From NCBI RefSeq assembly GCF_023953965.1, contig NZ_JAMLIX010000002.1, forward strand, positions 255,637 through 319,636: a stretch of 64,000 bases of DNA, given 5' to 3'. Positions 47,877 through 57,501 of this stretch are shown here, in pieces (positions within the stretch are counted from its first letter, which is position 1; every line of letters begins with the position of its first letter). This stretch comes from Bosea sp. (in: a-proteobacteria). GTDB lineage: Bacteria > Pseudomonadota > Alphaproteobacteria > Rhizobiales > Beijerinckiaceae. Under the pieces are notes generated by a model. That model made no database searches, was not told the origin of the DNA, and saw only the letters and a list, made by a program, of their open reading frames with translations. The translations under genes were made by a program, and so were the position numbers.

Positions 47877-49073
47877 CTATGCGGCGTAGCCCCTGACCTG
47901 CGCCAGCGCGGTCATGACGCCGCGCAGCTCGGCGAGCCCGCGCAGGCGCCCGACCGCCGGATAGCCCGGGAAGCTGCCCTTGCCGACGTCGTCGAGCAGG
48001 GCGTGGCCGTGGTCCGGGCGCATCGGGATCTGCCAATGCGGCTGGCCTTCAGCCTTCCGGCGCTGCTCTTCGGCCATCAGCGCGTCGACGAGCGCGACCA
48101 TGTCGGTGTCGCCGCTCAGATGCTCGGCCTCCATGAAGGAGCCGTCCGGCTGCTTGGCGACGTTGCGCAGATGCGCGAACCAGATCCTGTCGGCGAAGCG
48201 GCGCGCGATCGCCGGCACGTCGTTCCTCGGATTGGCGCCGAGCGAGCCCGAGCACAGCGTCAGCCCGTTCGCCGGTGAATCGACAGCACCGAGGATATAG
48301 GCGATGTCGTCCTCGTCCGAGCAGATCCGCGGCAGGCCGAACAGCGGGCGCGGCGGGTCGTCGGGATGGATGCACATCCGGATGCCGACCTCCTCGGCCG
48401 TCGGGACGATCGCCTCGAGGAAGCGCTTCAGGTTCTCGCGCAGCCGCTCATGCGTCATGCCGGCATAGCGTTCGAGGATGCGCGCCAGGCCCGGCAGGTC
48501 GTAGCGGTCGAAGGCGCCGGGCAGGCCCGCCATGACGCTCGACAGGAGCCGGTCGCGCTCGGCCTGGTCGGAGGCGTCGAACCAGGCTTTCGCTTTGTCC
48601 ATGACCTCGCGGGAATGGCCCTCCTCGGCGCCCTTGCGCTTCAGCATGAAGTGATCGAGCGCGACATATTCGTGCAGGTTGAAGCGCAGCGCCGTGCCGC
48701 CGCCGGGCAGCTTGTGGGCGAGCTCGGTGCGGGTCCAGTCCAGCACCGGCATGAAATTGTAGCAGATCACCTGAAGCCCGCAGGCGGCGAGGTTTCGCAT
48801 CGACTGGCGGTAGTTCTCGAAGATGGTTTCGAGGTCGCCTTCGCCGATCTTGACGCTCTCGTGGATCGGCAGGCTCTCGACCACGCTCCATCTCAGGCCG
48901 AGGCTGCCGTCGCCGCGGATGATCGCCTGGCGCTTCTCGATCTCGTCCACGCTCCAGACCACGCCATAGGGGATCTGATGCAGCGCGTTGACGATGCCGC
49001 TCGCTCCGGCCTGCCTGGCGTCGGTGAGCGTCACCACGTCGTCTGGCCCGAACCAGCGCCAGCATTGTTCCAT
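47877..49073 (-). CDS. uxuA: Mannonate dehydratase
   Basis: MEQCWRWFGPDD, WSVVESLP, CYNFMPVLDWTRT, IHPDDPP and PMRPDHG. Confidence 0.95.
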   Translation of the reverse strand: MEQCWRWFGPDDVVTLTDARQAGASGIVNALHQIPYGVVWSVDEIEKRQAIIRGDGSLGLRWSVVESLPIHESVKIGEGDLETIFENYRQSMRNLAACGLQVICYNFMPVLDWTRTELAHKLPGGGTALRFNLHEYVALDHFMLKRKGAEEGHSREVMDKAKAWFDASDQAERDRLLSSVMAGLPGAFDRYDLPGLARILERYAGMTHERLRENLKRFLEAIVPTAEEVGIRMCIHPDDPPRPLFGLPRICSDEDDIAYILGAVDSPANGLTLCSGSLGANPRNDVPAIARRFADRIWFAHLRNVAKQPDGSFMEAEHLSGDTDMVALVDALMAEEQRRKAEGQPHWQIPMRPDHGHALLDDVGKGSFPGYPAVGRLRGLAELRGVMTALAQVRGYAA

Positions 49074-49121
49074 GGTCGGATATCCTTCGCGCGAGGCTGC
49101 TGTATCGAAAAAAGGGTCGCG

Positions 49122-49817
49122 TCAGGGGGTGTCGTGGGCGAGGCGGGAATCGTCGAACACGTCGGCATGATCCTTGGCGATCGTCTCGATCGTCGCGAAG
49201 ACGGTGCGCAGATGCGCGCGCATCGCAGCCTCGGCGGCTTTCTCGTCGTGCCTGACGATGCAGGCCGCGATGATCCTGTGCTCGCGCAGGATCACCTGCG
49301 ACCAGGACGGCGTTTCGAGCGAGAGGCAGCGCACCCGGTCCATCTGGGCCTTCACCCCCTCGATCACGCTCCAGACGGCGCGGTGGCCGGCGATGCGCGA
49401 GATCTCGGCATGGAAGACCTCGTCGAGACGGAAGATCTCGGCCCGGTCCTGCCGCTCGACGGCCCGCGCCTGCTCCTCGACCAGCGCCTCGAGCCGCTGC
49501 CTGCCGGCCACGCCGATGCGCTGGGCGGCGAGCACCACGGTGCGGCATTCCAGCGTCTCGCGCACGAACTGGCTGTCATGCACCGCGGCGAGGTCGATCG
49601 GCGCGACGAAAGTGCCGACCTGCGGCACCGCGACCAGGAAGCCTTCCTCGACGAGCCGCTTGAACGCCTCCCTGACCGGCGTGCGGCTGACGCCGAAGCG
49701 CAGCGCCATGCGCGCCTCGGACATCGATTCGCGCGGCTTCAGCGCGCCGCTGACGATGTCGGTGCGCAGCACGCTGTAGATCTGGTCCGTGCTGTGACGC
49801 GTTGCAGGATGGGCCAT
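49122..49817 (-). CDS. GntR-family (FCD) transcriptional regulator
   Basis: wHTH FGVSRTPVREA and FCD domain (DEVFHAEI, EHRII). Start ATG 49817. Confidence 0.92.
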   Translation of the reverse strand: MAHPATRHSTDQIYSVLRTDIVSGALKPRESMSEARMALRFGVSRTPVREAFKRLVEEGFLVAVPQVGTFVAPIDLAAVHDSQFVRETLECRTVVLAAQRIGVAGRQRLEALVEEQARAVERQDRAEIFRLDEVFHAEISRIAGHRAVWSVIEGVKAQMDRVRCLSLETPSWSQVILREHRIIAACIVRHDEKAAEAAMRAHLRTVFATIETIAKDHADVFDDSRLAHDTP

Positions 49818-49834
49818 TGCCAAGCTCTCGACGA

Positions 49835-49846
49835 CTAGTATACTAG
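49835..49846. promoter_or_regulatory. GntR/FadR-VanR-type operator
   Basis: Perfect palindrome CTAGTATACTAG matching TNGTATACNA, in the divergent intergenic region. Confidence 0.7.
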
Positions 49847-49975
49847 GATACCGATCAACCGGGGGCTGCGTCAACTTGGCAGCGTCCGCGGGTGAGGGCC
49901 GGGCGCCGGATGGCGGGGCCGGACCGGCATACGACAAAACGTCAAGAAGCGGGTGTCCGCATCGGGAGGAGCATC

Positions 49976-51166
49976 ATGGGTCAGGACAACATCAATCGGC
50001 GTCATTTTCTCGGCGGCGTCGCCGGGCTTGGCGTGGCTGCGCATGCGCCGGGCGCCTTCGCGCAGCAGCTCAAGCTGCCGACCTCGCCGGTGGCGCTGTC
50101 GATCGTCGACGTCGCGGGCAATCTCGCCCTGACGCAGCGGGCCATCGAGAACTATCGCAAGGCCAAGCCCAACGTCGTCTCGCGCATCACCTTCACCAAG
50201 GCGCCGGCGCCGGAGCTGCCGGGCAAGATCAAGGCCCAGCAGGCCGCCAACCGCGTCGACATCGACATGGTGCTGACCGGCACCGACGCGCTCTCGGCCG
50301 GCATCAGCCAGAATCTGTGGGTGCCGCTCCTGCCGCAGCAGGCCGCCAACCTGCCGAAGCTTCAGGATATCTTCCTCGAGGGCGCCTGGAAGATGCAGGG
50401 GCTGGCCGGCGGGCAGGGCGTCGTCGTGACCTATTACCCCTCCGGCCCGCTCATCCAGTACATGCCCGACAAGGTCAAGACGGTGCCGACCACGGCCGAG
50501 GAGCTGATGGCCTGGACCAAGGCCAACAAGAACCGCCTGATCTATGCCCGCCCGGCGAATTCCGGACCGGGGCGCACCTGGATCATGGGCCTGCCCTACA
50601 TCCTCGGCGACAAGGACCCGAAGGACCCCGAGAAGGGCTGGGACAAGACCTGGGCCTATCTCAAGGAACTCGGCGAGAACATCGAGTACTATCCCGCGGG
50701 CACCGGCGCGGTGATGAAGGAGCTCGGCGACGGCTCGCGCGACATGACGCTGACCACCACGGGCTGGGACATCAACCCGCGCGCGCTCGGCGTCGTGCCG
50801 AAGGAGTCCAAGGTCGGCGCGATCAAGGGTTTCCACTGGGTCACGGACGCGCATTACATGTGCATCCCGAAGGGCGTCTCGGACGAGAAGCTCGCCGTCC
50901 TCCTCGACCTGATGAACTTCCTGCTCACCAAGGAGCAGCAGGCCTACACCTTCGACGAGGGTTATTTCTATCCGGGCCCGGCGGTGAAGGGCGTGACGCT
51001 CGACATGGCGCCGGAGGACAGCCAGAAGGTGATCAAGGAGTTCGGGCGGCCGGAATATGCCCAGCTGATCGCGGACAATCCGCTCGAGGTGCCGCTCGAT
51101 CCCGACAAGATGGTCATCGCCTTCCGCATCTGGGACGAGCAGGTCGGCGGCGCCAAGAAGAAGTAG
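49976..51166 (+). CDS. ABC transporter substrate-binding protein (PotD/Fe3+-like fold), Tat-exported
   Basis: NRRHFLGG twin-arginine signal; YARPANSGPGRT. Confidence 0.88.
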   Translation: MGQDNINRRHFLGGVAGLGVAAHAPGAFAQQLKLPTSPVALSIVDVAGNLALTQRAIENYRKAKPNVVSRITFTKAPAPELPGKIKAQQAANRVDIDMVLTGTDALSAGISQNLWVPLLPQQAANLPKLQDIFLEGAWKMQGLAGGQGVVVTYYPSGPLIQYMPDKVKTVPTTAEELMAWTKANKNRLIYARPANSGPGRTWIMGLPYILGDKDPKDPEKGWDKTWAYLKELGENIEYYPAGTGAVMKELGDGSRDMTLTTTGWDINPRALGVVPKESKVGAIKGFHWVTDAHYMCIPKGVSDEKLAVLLDLMNFLLTKEQQAYTFDEGYFYPGPAVKGVTLDMAPEDSQKVIKEFGRPEYAQLIADNPLEVPLDPDKMVIAFRIWDEQVGGAKKK

Positions 51167-51278
51167 CCCGCGGGCTGTCGGCCAGGGCCCCGGCGGGGCC
51201 TTGGCCCGCTCACGCGACCGGGAGCCGTCCCCGTCGGGGCGGCCCCGCCATGCCAGCTGTTTCACAAGCCCGGACGCC

Positions 51279-52352
51279 ATGACCATCAACGCAGCCTCCT
51301 TTCGCGAGCTCAGGCTCGACCGCCTGAGCCGTGACTTCGGCACCCACAACGCGCTCAAGGATGTCTCGCTGACGATCGGCAAGGGCGAGTTCATCGCCCT
51401 TCTCGGCCCTTCGGGCTGCGGCAAGTCGACGACGCTGAACCTGATCGCGGGCTTGCTGCCCGCGACCGGCGGCGGGATCTGGCTCGACGACAGGCGCATC
51501 GACCCCTTGCGGCCGGAGGAGCGCGGCTTCGGCATGGTCTTCCAGAACTATGCGCTCTTCCCGCATATGACGGTGGCGAAAAACATCGGCTTCGGCCTGA
51601 AGATGCGCGGCACGCCCAGGGCCGAGATCGACCGGCGCGTCGCTGAAGCCGCGGCGCTGGTGCATCTGCAAGGCCAGACCGAGAAGCTGCCCGGCCAGCT
51701 TTCCGGCGGCCAGCAGCAGCGCGTCGCCATCGCGCGCGCCATCGTCGTCGAGCCGCCGCTGGTGCTGATGGACGAGCCGCTCTCCAATCTCGACGCCAAG
51801 CTGCGTCTCGAGATGCGCGCCGAGATCCGCCGCATCCACAACACGCTCGGCGCCACCACGATCTACGTCACCCACGACCAGGAGGAGGCGATGTCGCTCG
51901 CCGACCGCATCGTCGTGCTGCGTGACGGGCAGGTCCGCCAGGTCGGCACGCCGGAGGACCTGTTCTCGCGGCCCGACCACCTCGACGTCGCCGAGTTCAT
52001 GGGCTTCCGCAACAAGGTCGCGGGCAAGGTCGCGAGCGTCGCCGAAGGCCGCGCCACCGTCGCGCTGGGGGAGGCCGCGTTGTCCGGCCGTACCCGTCGC
52101 GCGCTTACCGCCGGCGGCGACGCCTGGCTCGCCATCCGGCCCGAGGATCTGCACCCGGTCGCGGCCGGCGAGCCCGGCCTGAAGGCCGAGGTCGTCTCGA
52201 CCGAGTTTCGCGGCCGCGAATTCGTCGGCTTCGCCCGCATGGCCGACGGCACCGATTTGTCCTTCCTCGCCGCGCAGAAGCTGACGCCGGGCGAGGCGGT
52301 GACGCTTTCCGCCGATCCCGAACGCGTCCTCGTCTATGGAGGCGCGGCGTGA
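51279..52352 (+). CDS. ABC transporter ATP-binding protein (PotA-like)
   Basis: GPSGCGKST, VFQNYALFPH, LSGGQQQR and DEPLSNLD. Confidence 0.93.
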   Translation: MTINAASFRELRLDRLSRDFGTHNALKDVSLTIGKGEFIALLGPSGCGKSTTLNLIAGLLPATGGGIWLDDRRIDPLRPEERGFGMVFQNYALFPHMTVAKNIGFGLKMRGTPRAEIDRRVAEAAALVHLQGQTEKLPGQLSGGQQQRVAIARAIVVEPPLVLMDEPLSNLDAKLRLEMRAEIRRIHNTLGATTIYVTHDQEEAMSLADRIVVLRDGQVRQVGTPEDLFSRPDHLDVAEFMGFRNKVAGKVASVAEGRATVALGEAALSGRTRRALTAGGDAWLAIRPEDLHPVAAGEPGLKAEVVSTEFRGREFVGFARMADGTDLSFLAAQKLTPGEAVTLSADPERVLVYGGAA

Positions 52353-53236
52353 GCACGGACACCTCCATCCCGCTGAAGCAGCGGCTGGCGGCGCGCGGCC
52401 TCGACGGGCTGACGCTGCTCGTCCTGCCGGCGGTCCTGTTCCTGCTGGCGCTGTTCATCTACCCGTTCCTCTACGGGCTCGTGCTCTCCTTCGAGCCGAA
52501 GGAGGGCGGCATCTTCGCCAATTACCAGCGCTTCTTCTCGGATTCCTTCCTCTACGGCACGATCGCGACGACGCTCTGGCTCGCGCTTCCGGTGACGGTC
52601 GCGACGCTGGCGCTGGCGATCCCGATCTCCTTCCGCGTCCGGCTGATGAAGAACCAGCGCCTGCTCACCACGATCCTGGTGATCCCGATCACGCTCGGCA
52701 CGGTCCTGGTCGCGCAAGGTCTCCTGAACTATCTCGGCCCGCAGGGCTGGTTCAACCGCGTGCTGATGGCGGTGGGCCTGATCTCCTCGCCGGTGAAGCT
52801 TCTGCACAATTACTGGGGCGTGATGCTCTCGCTGGTGATCACCGGCTTTCCCTTCACCTTCCTGCTGACGCTCTCCTATCTCTCCGGCATCGACCCGGCG
52901 CTGGAGCAGGCGGGGGCGACGCTGGGAGCGGGGCCGTGGGAGCGCTTCAGGCACATCCTGTTCCCGCTGCTGCTGCCGGGGCTCGCCATCACCTTCTGCC
53001 TGAGCTTTGTGCAGGCTTTCTCGGTCTTTCCCTCGGCGGTGCTGCTCGGCGCGCCGGCGGGGCCGACCCGCGTGATCTCGATCGCCGCCTATCAGGCCGC
53101 CTTCGAGGATTACGACTACTCCATGGCCTCGGCGATCGCGATGATCATGGCGCTGGTGCAGTTCGCCATCGTCGTCCTGGTGCTGGGCGCGCGCGGCTTG
53201 CTGTATCGCGGCCCGGCCGGCGGCGGAAAGGGCTGA
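52349..53236 (+). CDS. ABC transporter permease (PotB-like)
   Basis: Hydrophobic helices; EAA-loop LEQAGATLGA. Confidence 0.9.
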   Translation: MSTDTSIPLKQRLAARGLDGLTLLVLPAVLFLLALFIYPFLYGLVLSFEPKEGGIFANYQRFFSDSFLYGTIATTLWLALPVTVATLALAIPISFRVRLMKNQRLLTTILVIPITLGTVLVAQGLLNYLGPQGWFNRVLMAVGLISSPVKLLHNYWGVMLSLVITGFPFTFLLTLSYLSGIDPALEQAGATLGAGPWERFRHILFPLLLPGLAITFCLSFVQAFSVFPSAVLLGAPAGPTRVISIAAYQAAFEDYDYSMASAIAMIMALVQFAIVVLVLGARGLLYRGPAGGGKG

Positions 53237-53240
53237 TCCG

Positions 53241-54071
53241 ATGGTCAAGGACACCCGGCTCTCGACGAAGCTGTGGGCAGCCGCGAACTGGGCGCTGATC
53301 GCCTTCTTCGTCGTCAACCTGTTCGGGATGATCGCGACGGTGGTGACGTCGTCCTTCGCGACGCGCTGGCTCGGCACCTGGCTGCCCGCCGGCTGGACGA
53401 CGCGCTGGTATTCCTCCGCCTGGGCCGAATTCCAGCTCTACGACGTGCTGCTCGTCACCTTCCAGATCGTCTTTTTGGTGGTGGCGCTGTCGGGGCTGAT
53501 CGGCGTGCCGGCGGCCTATGCGCTGGCGCGACGCGATTTTCCCGGCAAGAAGCTCGTGATGCTGCTGTTCCTCTTGCCCTTGCTGGTGCCGCCGATCACC
53601 TTCGGCATTCCGCTCGCGACCGTGCTCTACCAGACCGGTTTCGCCGGCCAGATGTCGGGCGTGGTGCTGGCGAACCTGGTGCCGACGGTGCCTTTCGTCA
53701 TCCTGGTGATGATCCCCTTCATCGAGCAGATCGACACCAAGATCGAGCAGGCGGCGCGCGTCTTCGGCGCCAATACCTTCAAGCTCTTCGTGCATGTGCT
53801 GTTGCCGCTCCTGCTGCCGGGCATCCTGGCGGCGCTGCTGCTCGTGCTGGTCCGGACGCTCGCCATGTTCGAACTGACCTTCCTGACGGCCGGCCCGACC
53901 AGCCAGACGCTCGTCGTCGCGCTCTACTACGCCGTCTTCGCCGCCGGCGTGCGCGCGGTGCAGTCGATCGATGCCATGGCGGTGATCTACATGATCACGA
54001 CGCTGATCTGGCTCGTCATCGCGCTGCGCTTCGTCAACCCGACGCAGATCGTCGCCCGCGCCAAGAAGTGA
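53241..54071 (+). CDS. ABC transporter permease (PotC-like)
   Basis: EAA-loop IEQAARVFGA. Confidence 0.9.
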   Translation: MVKDTRLSTKLWAAANWALIAFFVVNLFGMIATVVTSSFATRWLGTWLPAGWTTRWYSSAWAEFQLYDVLLVTFQIVFLVVALSGLIGVPAAYALARRDFPGKKLVMLLFLLPLLVPPITFGIPLATVLYQTGFAGQMSGVVLANLVPTVPFVILVMIPFIEQIDTKIEQAARVFGANTFKLFVHVLLPLLLPGILAALLLVLVRTLAMFELTFLTAGPTSQTLVVALYYAVFAAGVRAVQSIDAMAVIYMITTLIWLVIALRFVNPTQIVARAKK

Positions 54072-54103
54072 GGGCGCGGTCTGCGGAGCAGACGGCGCTT
54101 TCG

Positions 54104-54508
54104 CTACCGCCTCGGAGGCGCCGATTTGTCAATCGCGACGCCGTCCAGCTCGATGAGATAGCCGTGGTGTAGTTCAGGAACAGGCACCACCGAGCGGGCC
54201 GGCCTGTGCTCTCCGAATAACGCCGAGAAGGCCGTGTTGAACGCAGGCCAGTTTTCGACCCCGACGATATAGGCCGTGACCTTTACGACGTCTTCGCGGC
54301 GCCCTCCGGCTGCCGCGACGATGGCCAGGAAATTCTGGACGACGAGCGTCGCCTGCTCCGGGAACGCGCGAGGCACGCAGCCTGGCGCTTCTCCCGGCCG
54401 GATCGGCAGTTGCCCGGAAACATGGACGAGGCCGGCCGCCCTGATGCCTTGCTGATAGTGACCGAGCGGTTGCGGAGCCTGATCGGTTGTGACGGGGGAC
54501 AAGGTCAT
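54104..54508 (-). CDS. RidA/YjgF-family imine deaminase
   Basis: APQPLGHYQQ, VSGQLP, RPARS (catalytic Arg) and LIEL. Start ATG 54508. Confidence 0.9.
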   Translation of the reverse strand: MTLSPVTTDQAPQPLGHYQQGIRAAGLVHVSGQLPIRPGEAPGCVPRAFPEQATLVVQNFLAIVAAAGGRREDVVKVTAYIVGVENWPAFNTAFSALFGEHRPARSVVPVPELHHGYLIELDGVAIDKSAPPRR

Positions 54509-54532
54509 CGGAACGAACATCCTGTCTTGCTG

Positions 54533-54673
54533 CGGAAGAAGCGGATTCCGCTTCTCGGTCCGATGCTCCAGATCGTCGCGCGTCCTATCGGACGCGATAA
54601 CGATGATCTATCTCATTGCTGGAGCATCGGATTTTTCCAAAAAATGGGTCTATTTTTCGGTCCGATGCCCTAG
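54533..54673. repeat. Mosaic of palindromic repeats R2-R3-R2
   Basis: Partial R2 at 54533-54571, R3 at 54568-54614 and R2 at 54619-54673. The final CTAG supplies the TAG stop of the upstream M24 gene. Confidence 0.75.
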
Positions 54674-55866
54674 CGATCTGCCGTGGAGAACGCCTTCCGG
54701 GGCGCCTGTGTCAGGCGGCGCGCGCCGTCGTCCGTGACGAGAATGGTCTCGCTGAAGGCCAGCCCCTGCGCGGAGGTGTACATGTGAAAGACCATGCCCG
54801 CTTCCAGCCGCCAGTCCGCATTCGGCCTGAATGTCCGGGTGAAGTCGCTCGACCTGATCGCCGCGGTTCCGTAGAATCCGAGCGTATAGCCGGTGATGTT
54901 CGCATAGCTTTCGCGAAGCCCGGCATCGAGGACGCCCTGTCTCAGGATGGCGTCCACGTCGCGTGCGATGGCGCCGGGCTTCATCGCCTCGAACTGCCGA
55001 TCCTGGAGGGCGACGAGTTTGTCCGCCTTGTCCTGCAACGGCGCGGCGATCGGCCCGATGACGACGGACCGCATCAACCGCGCGCCGTAGCCGCGCATCC
55101 GCGGCGTCAGCTCCAGATGCAGGATGTCGCCGTCGCTCAAGGGCGTCGTGCTCATCGCGGCATGGAGAAATCCCCAGCCCTTTCCCGCGGTGATGGGGCC
55201 GATATGGTGGGTGCTGCCGCCGAGCGCGATGTAGCGGCCGGCGGCGTAGCCGGATATGCCGCGCGTGGTGTCTCCGGCCCGGGTGTATTCGGCGATTTCC
55301 GAGACGATCGTGTCGGCGATGGCGGCCGCCGCCGTGATATAGGCGATTTCATGCCGGCTCTTGATCAGGCGGTTCTCCCAGAGCAGGCCGCCGAGATCGA
55401 CGAGCTGCGCGGAAGGAAGCGCCCGCTGCAGGCGGTTGAAGGTCGCGACCGTCAGCGCATGACTGCCGAAGTCGATTCCGATCGGCCGGGACGCGATCCC
55501 GAGCTTGCCGGCGACCTCCGCGACGCGGGCGACCGGATCGTCGTCATCGCGATAGCCGACCGCCTCCGACATCCACGAGGCGGCGCGAAACGGATCCAGA
55601 TCCAGAGCGCGCAACACCATCACGGGAGCGCCCTCGGCCGGAACGACGCAGGCCCGGTAATAGCTTACGGTGCGCTCGTAATTGCAGATATAGGACAGGA
55701 TCTCCTGGTCGTCGATGATCGCCCCGGCGAGATTGCGGTCCTTCAGCTGTCCTTGCAGGCGCGCGAGGCGCTGCTCGAACTCCTCGCGCGGAAAATCGGG
55801 GACCTGAAACGGGGAGGTCGCCATGGCCTCGTCCCAGCCGTTGCGCGAGGATGCAGGTTTTTTCAT
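54670..55866 (-). CDS. M24-fold hydrolase, creatinase/ectoine-hydrolase (DoeA/EutD)-like
   Basis: Creatinase-type N-domain, IKS..EI, TGYTLG, GMVFH and SETILVT; most dinuclear metal ligands are missing. Alternative start 55824. Confidence 0.75.
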   Translation of the reverse strand: MKKPASSRNGWDEAMATSPFQVPDFPREEFEQRLARLQGQLKDRNLAGAIIDDQEILSYICNYERTVSYYRACVVPAEGAPVMVLRALDLDPFRAASWMSEAVGYRDDDDPVARVAEVAGKLGIASRPIGIDFGSHALTVATFNRLQRALPSAQLVDLGGLLWENRLIKSRHEIAYITAAAAIADTIVSEIAEYTRAGDTTRGISGYAAGRYIALGGSTHHIGPITAGKGWGFLHAAMSTTPLSDGDILHLELTPRMRGYGARLMRSVVIGPIAAPLQDKADKLVALQDRQFEAMKPGAIARDVDAILRQGVLDAGLRESYANITGYTLGFYGTAAIRSSDFTRTFRPNADWRLEAGMVFHMYTSAQGLAFSETILVTDDGARRLTQAPRKAFSTADR

Positions 55867-55923
55867 CGCAGTGCCTTCCGTGGGAGCGTGTCTGATCCGA
55901 AAGCCGTCACCGGGCCAGCCCCT

Positions 55924-57501
55924 TCAGCCGACAGGCGCGGGCGAGGCTGCCATGAGCTCGCGTGTATAGGGTTGAACCTCGCCGCCGTTCACTTGCGCGA
56001 TGCTGACCAGATCGATCAGATCGCCGTCGCGCATGACGGCGATCCGGTGTGCGATCTGCCGGACGAGATTGAGATCATGCGTGATGAACAGGTAGGCGGT
56101 TTCATATCTGCGCCGCAACGAGATCAGCAGCTCGATGACCGAGGCCTGGACCGAAACGTCGAGCGGGGCCGTGATCTCGTCGCAGATGATCAGCTCGGGC
56201 TTGGCGGCAAAGGCGCGCGCGATCGCGACCCGCTGTTTTTCACCGCCCGAAAGCTGATGGGGATAGCGCCGCCCGTAATCGGCGGGCAGCCGGACCTGCT
56301 CGAGCAGCGCGGGGATTTCGGCGACGTCGCCACCGTAGAGCTTGAGCGGCCTGGACAGGATCTGGGCGACGGTCTGGCGTGGGTTCAGCGACGAATCCGG
56401 GTGCTGGAAGATGATCTGGACGCGGCGCCGGTAATCCTTGCTCAGATCGCCGCGCGCGGAGATCGGCACGCCGTCCAGCGTGATCTCCCCTGTGAAGCTC
56501 GCCAGCCCGGTCATCGCCCGCGCCACGGAGGATTTGCCGGAGCCCGATTCCCCGACGAGACCGAGGATCTCGCCTTTGCGGACGTCCAGTGTGGCGCCGG
56601 ACGTCACCGGCTTGGGGGCCGGCGCGAACAGCTTCTGCGTCTGGTACCAGACCTGAAGATCCTTGACGGCGAGCAGGGGGGCCGCGGCGGGCGCATCGTC
56701 GATCAGGCGATGGTCGGGGCGGGGCACGGCGTCGACCAGCCGGCGCGTATAGGGATGCTGCGGCTGCCGGAAGATCGTCTTGGCGGGCGCCTCCTCGACG
56801 ATGTCGCCCTTTTCCAGGACCAGGACACGGTCGGCGACGCGCGAGACCAGAGCAAGATCGTGCGAGATATAAAGCGCCGCGACGCCGGTCTCGTCGCGCA
56901 GCCGGCGGAACAGCTCGAGGATCCTGGCCCCGGTGATGACGTCGAGCGCCGTTGTCGGCTCGTCGAAGACGATCAGCTCCGGCCGGCAGGCGAAGGCGGT
57001 CGCGATGATGACGCGCTGCTTCTCGCCCCCCGATGCCTGATGCGGGTAGCGACGCATCAGCCCCTCGACATCGCGAAGCTCGACATGGGTGAGCGCCTCG
57101 GCCCCGGCCGCCCAGGCTTCGGCCTCGGACATCCCGCGATGGGTGACGAGGACCTCGGTGATCTGGCGGCCGATCGTCAGCGTCGGATTCAGGGCCGTCG
57201 CCGGGTCCTGGAAGACCATGCTCATCCGGCTGCCGCGGATCGACGTCAGCGCTTCGTCCGACAGGCCGCACAGATCGGTGTCGCGCAGCTTGATCGCGCT
57301 GCCGGCCGCCTCCCTGGCGTTGCGGGGCAGGTAGCGCATGATGGCCCATGCGAGCGAGGACTTGCCCGAGCCCGATTCGCCGACGAGGCCGACGACCTCG
57401 CCGGCCGCGATGTCGAAGGAGATGTCCTTCAGGACCTGATGCGTGCCGAAGCGGCCGGCATAGGCCAGCCCGTAGTTCCGAATGCTGAGCGCCGCGGTCA
57501 T
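55924..57501 (-). CDS. Fused dual ABC ATPase (peptide/nickel/opine family)
   Basis: Two GESGSGKSS Walker A motifs, ASGGEKQR and LSGGEKQR. Start ATG 57501. Confidence 0.92.
   Translation of the reverse strand: MTAALSIRNYGLAYAGRFGTHQVLKDISFDIAAGEVVGLVGESGSGKSSLAWAIMRYLPRNAREAAGSAIKLRDTDLCGLSDEALTSIRGSRMSMVFQDPATALNPTLTIGRQITEVLVTHRGMSEAEAWAAGAEALTHVELRDVEGLMRRYPHQASGGEKQRVIIATAFACRPELIVFDEPTTALDVITGARILELFRRLRDETGVAALYISHDLALVSRVADRVLVLEKGDIVEEAPAKTIFRQPQHPYTRRLVDAVPRPDHRLIDDAPAAAPLLAVKDLQVWYQTQKLFAPAPKPVTSGATLDVRKGEILGLVGESGSGKSSVARAMTGLASFTGEITLDGVPISARGDLSKDYRRRVQIIFQHPDSSLNPRQTVAQILSRPLKLYGGDVAEIPALLEQVRLPADYGRRYPHQLSGGEKQRVAIARAFAAKPELIICDEITAPLDVSVQASVIELLISLRRRYETAYLFITHDLNLVRQIAHRIAVMRDGDLIDLVSIAQVNGGEVQPYTRELMAASPAPVG

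Noticed and set aside
54075-54103. AGA CGG CGC TTT CGC as the displaced original dusA 5' end (att site)
   Set aside because: Similarity is limited to an RRF-like triplet with no APMMDW continuation, which is too weak. I found no second copy of GCACCGATGATGGAC by eye.
54533-54673. CRISPR array
   Set aside because: The units are different palindromes with no constant repeat-spacer periodicity, and there are no cas genes.
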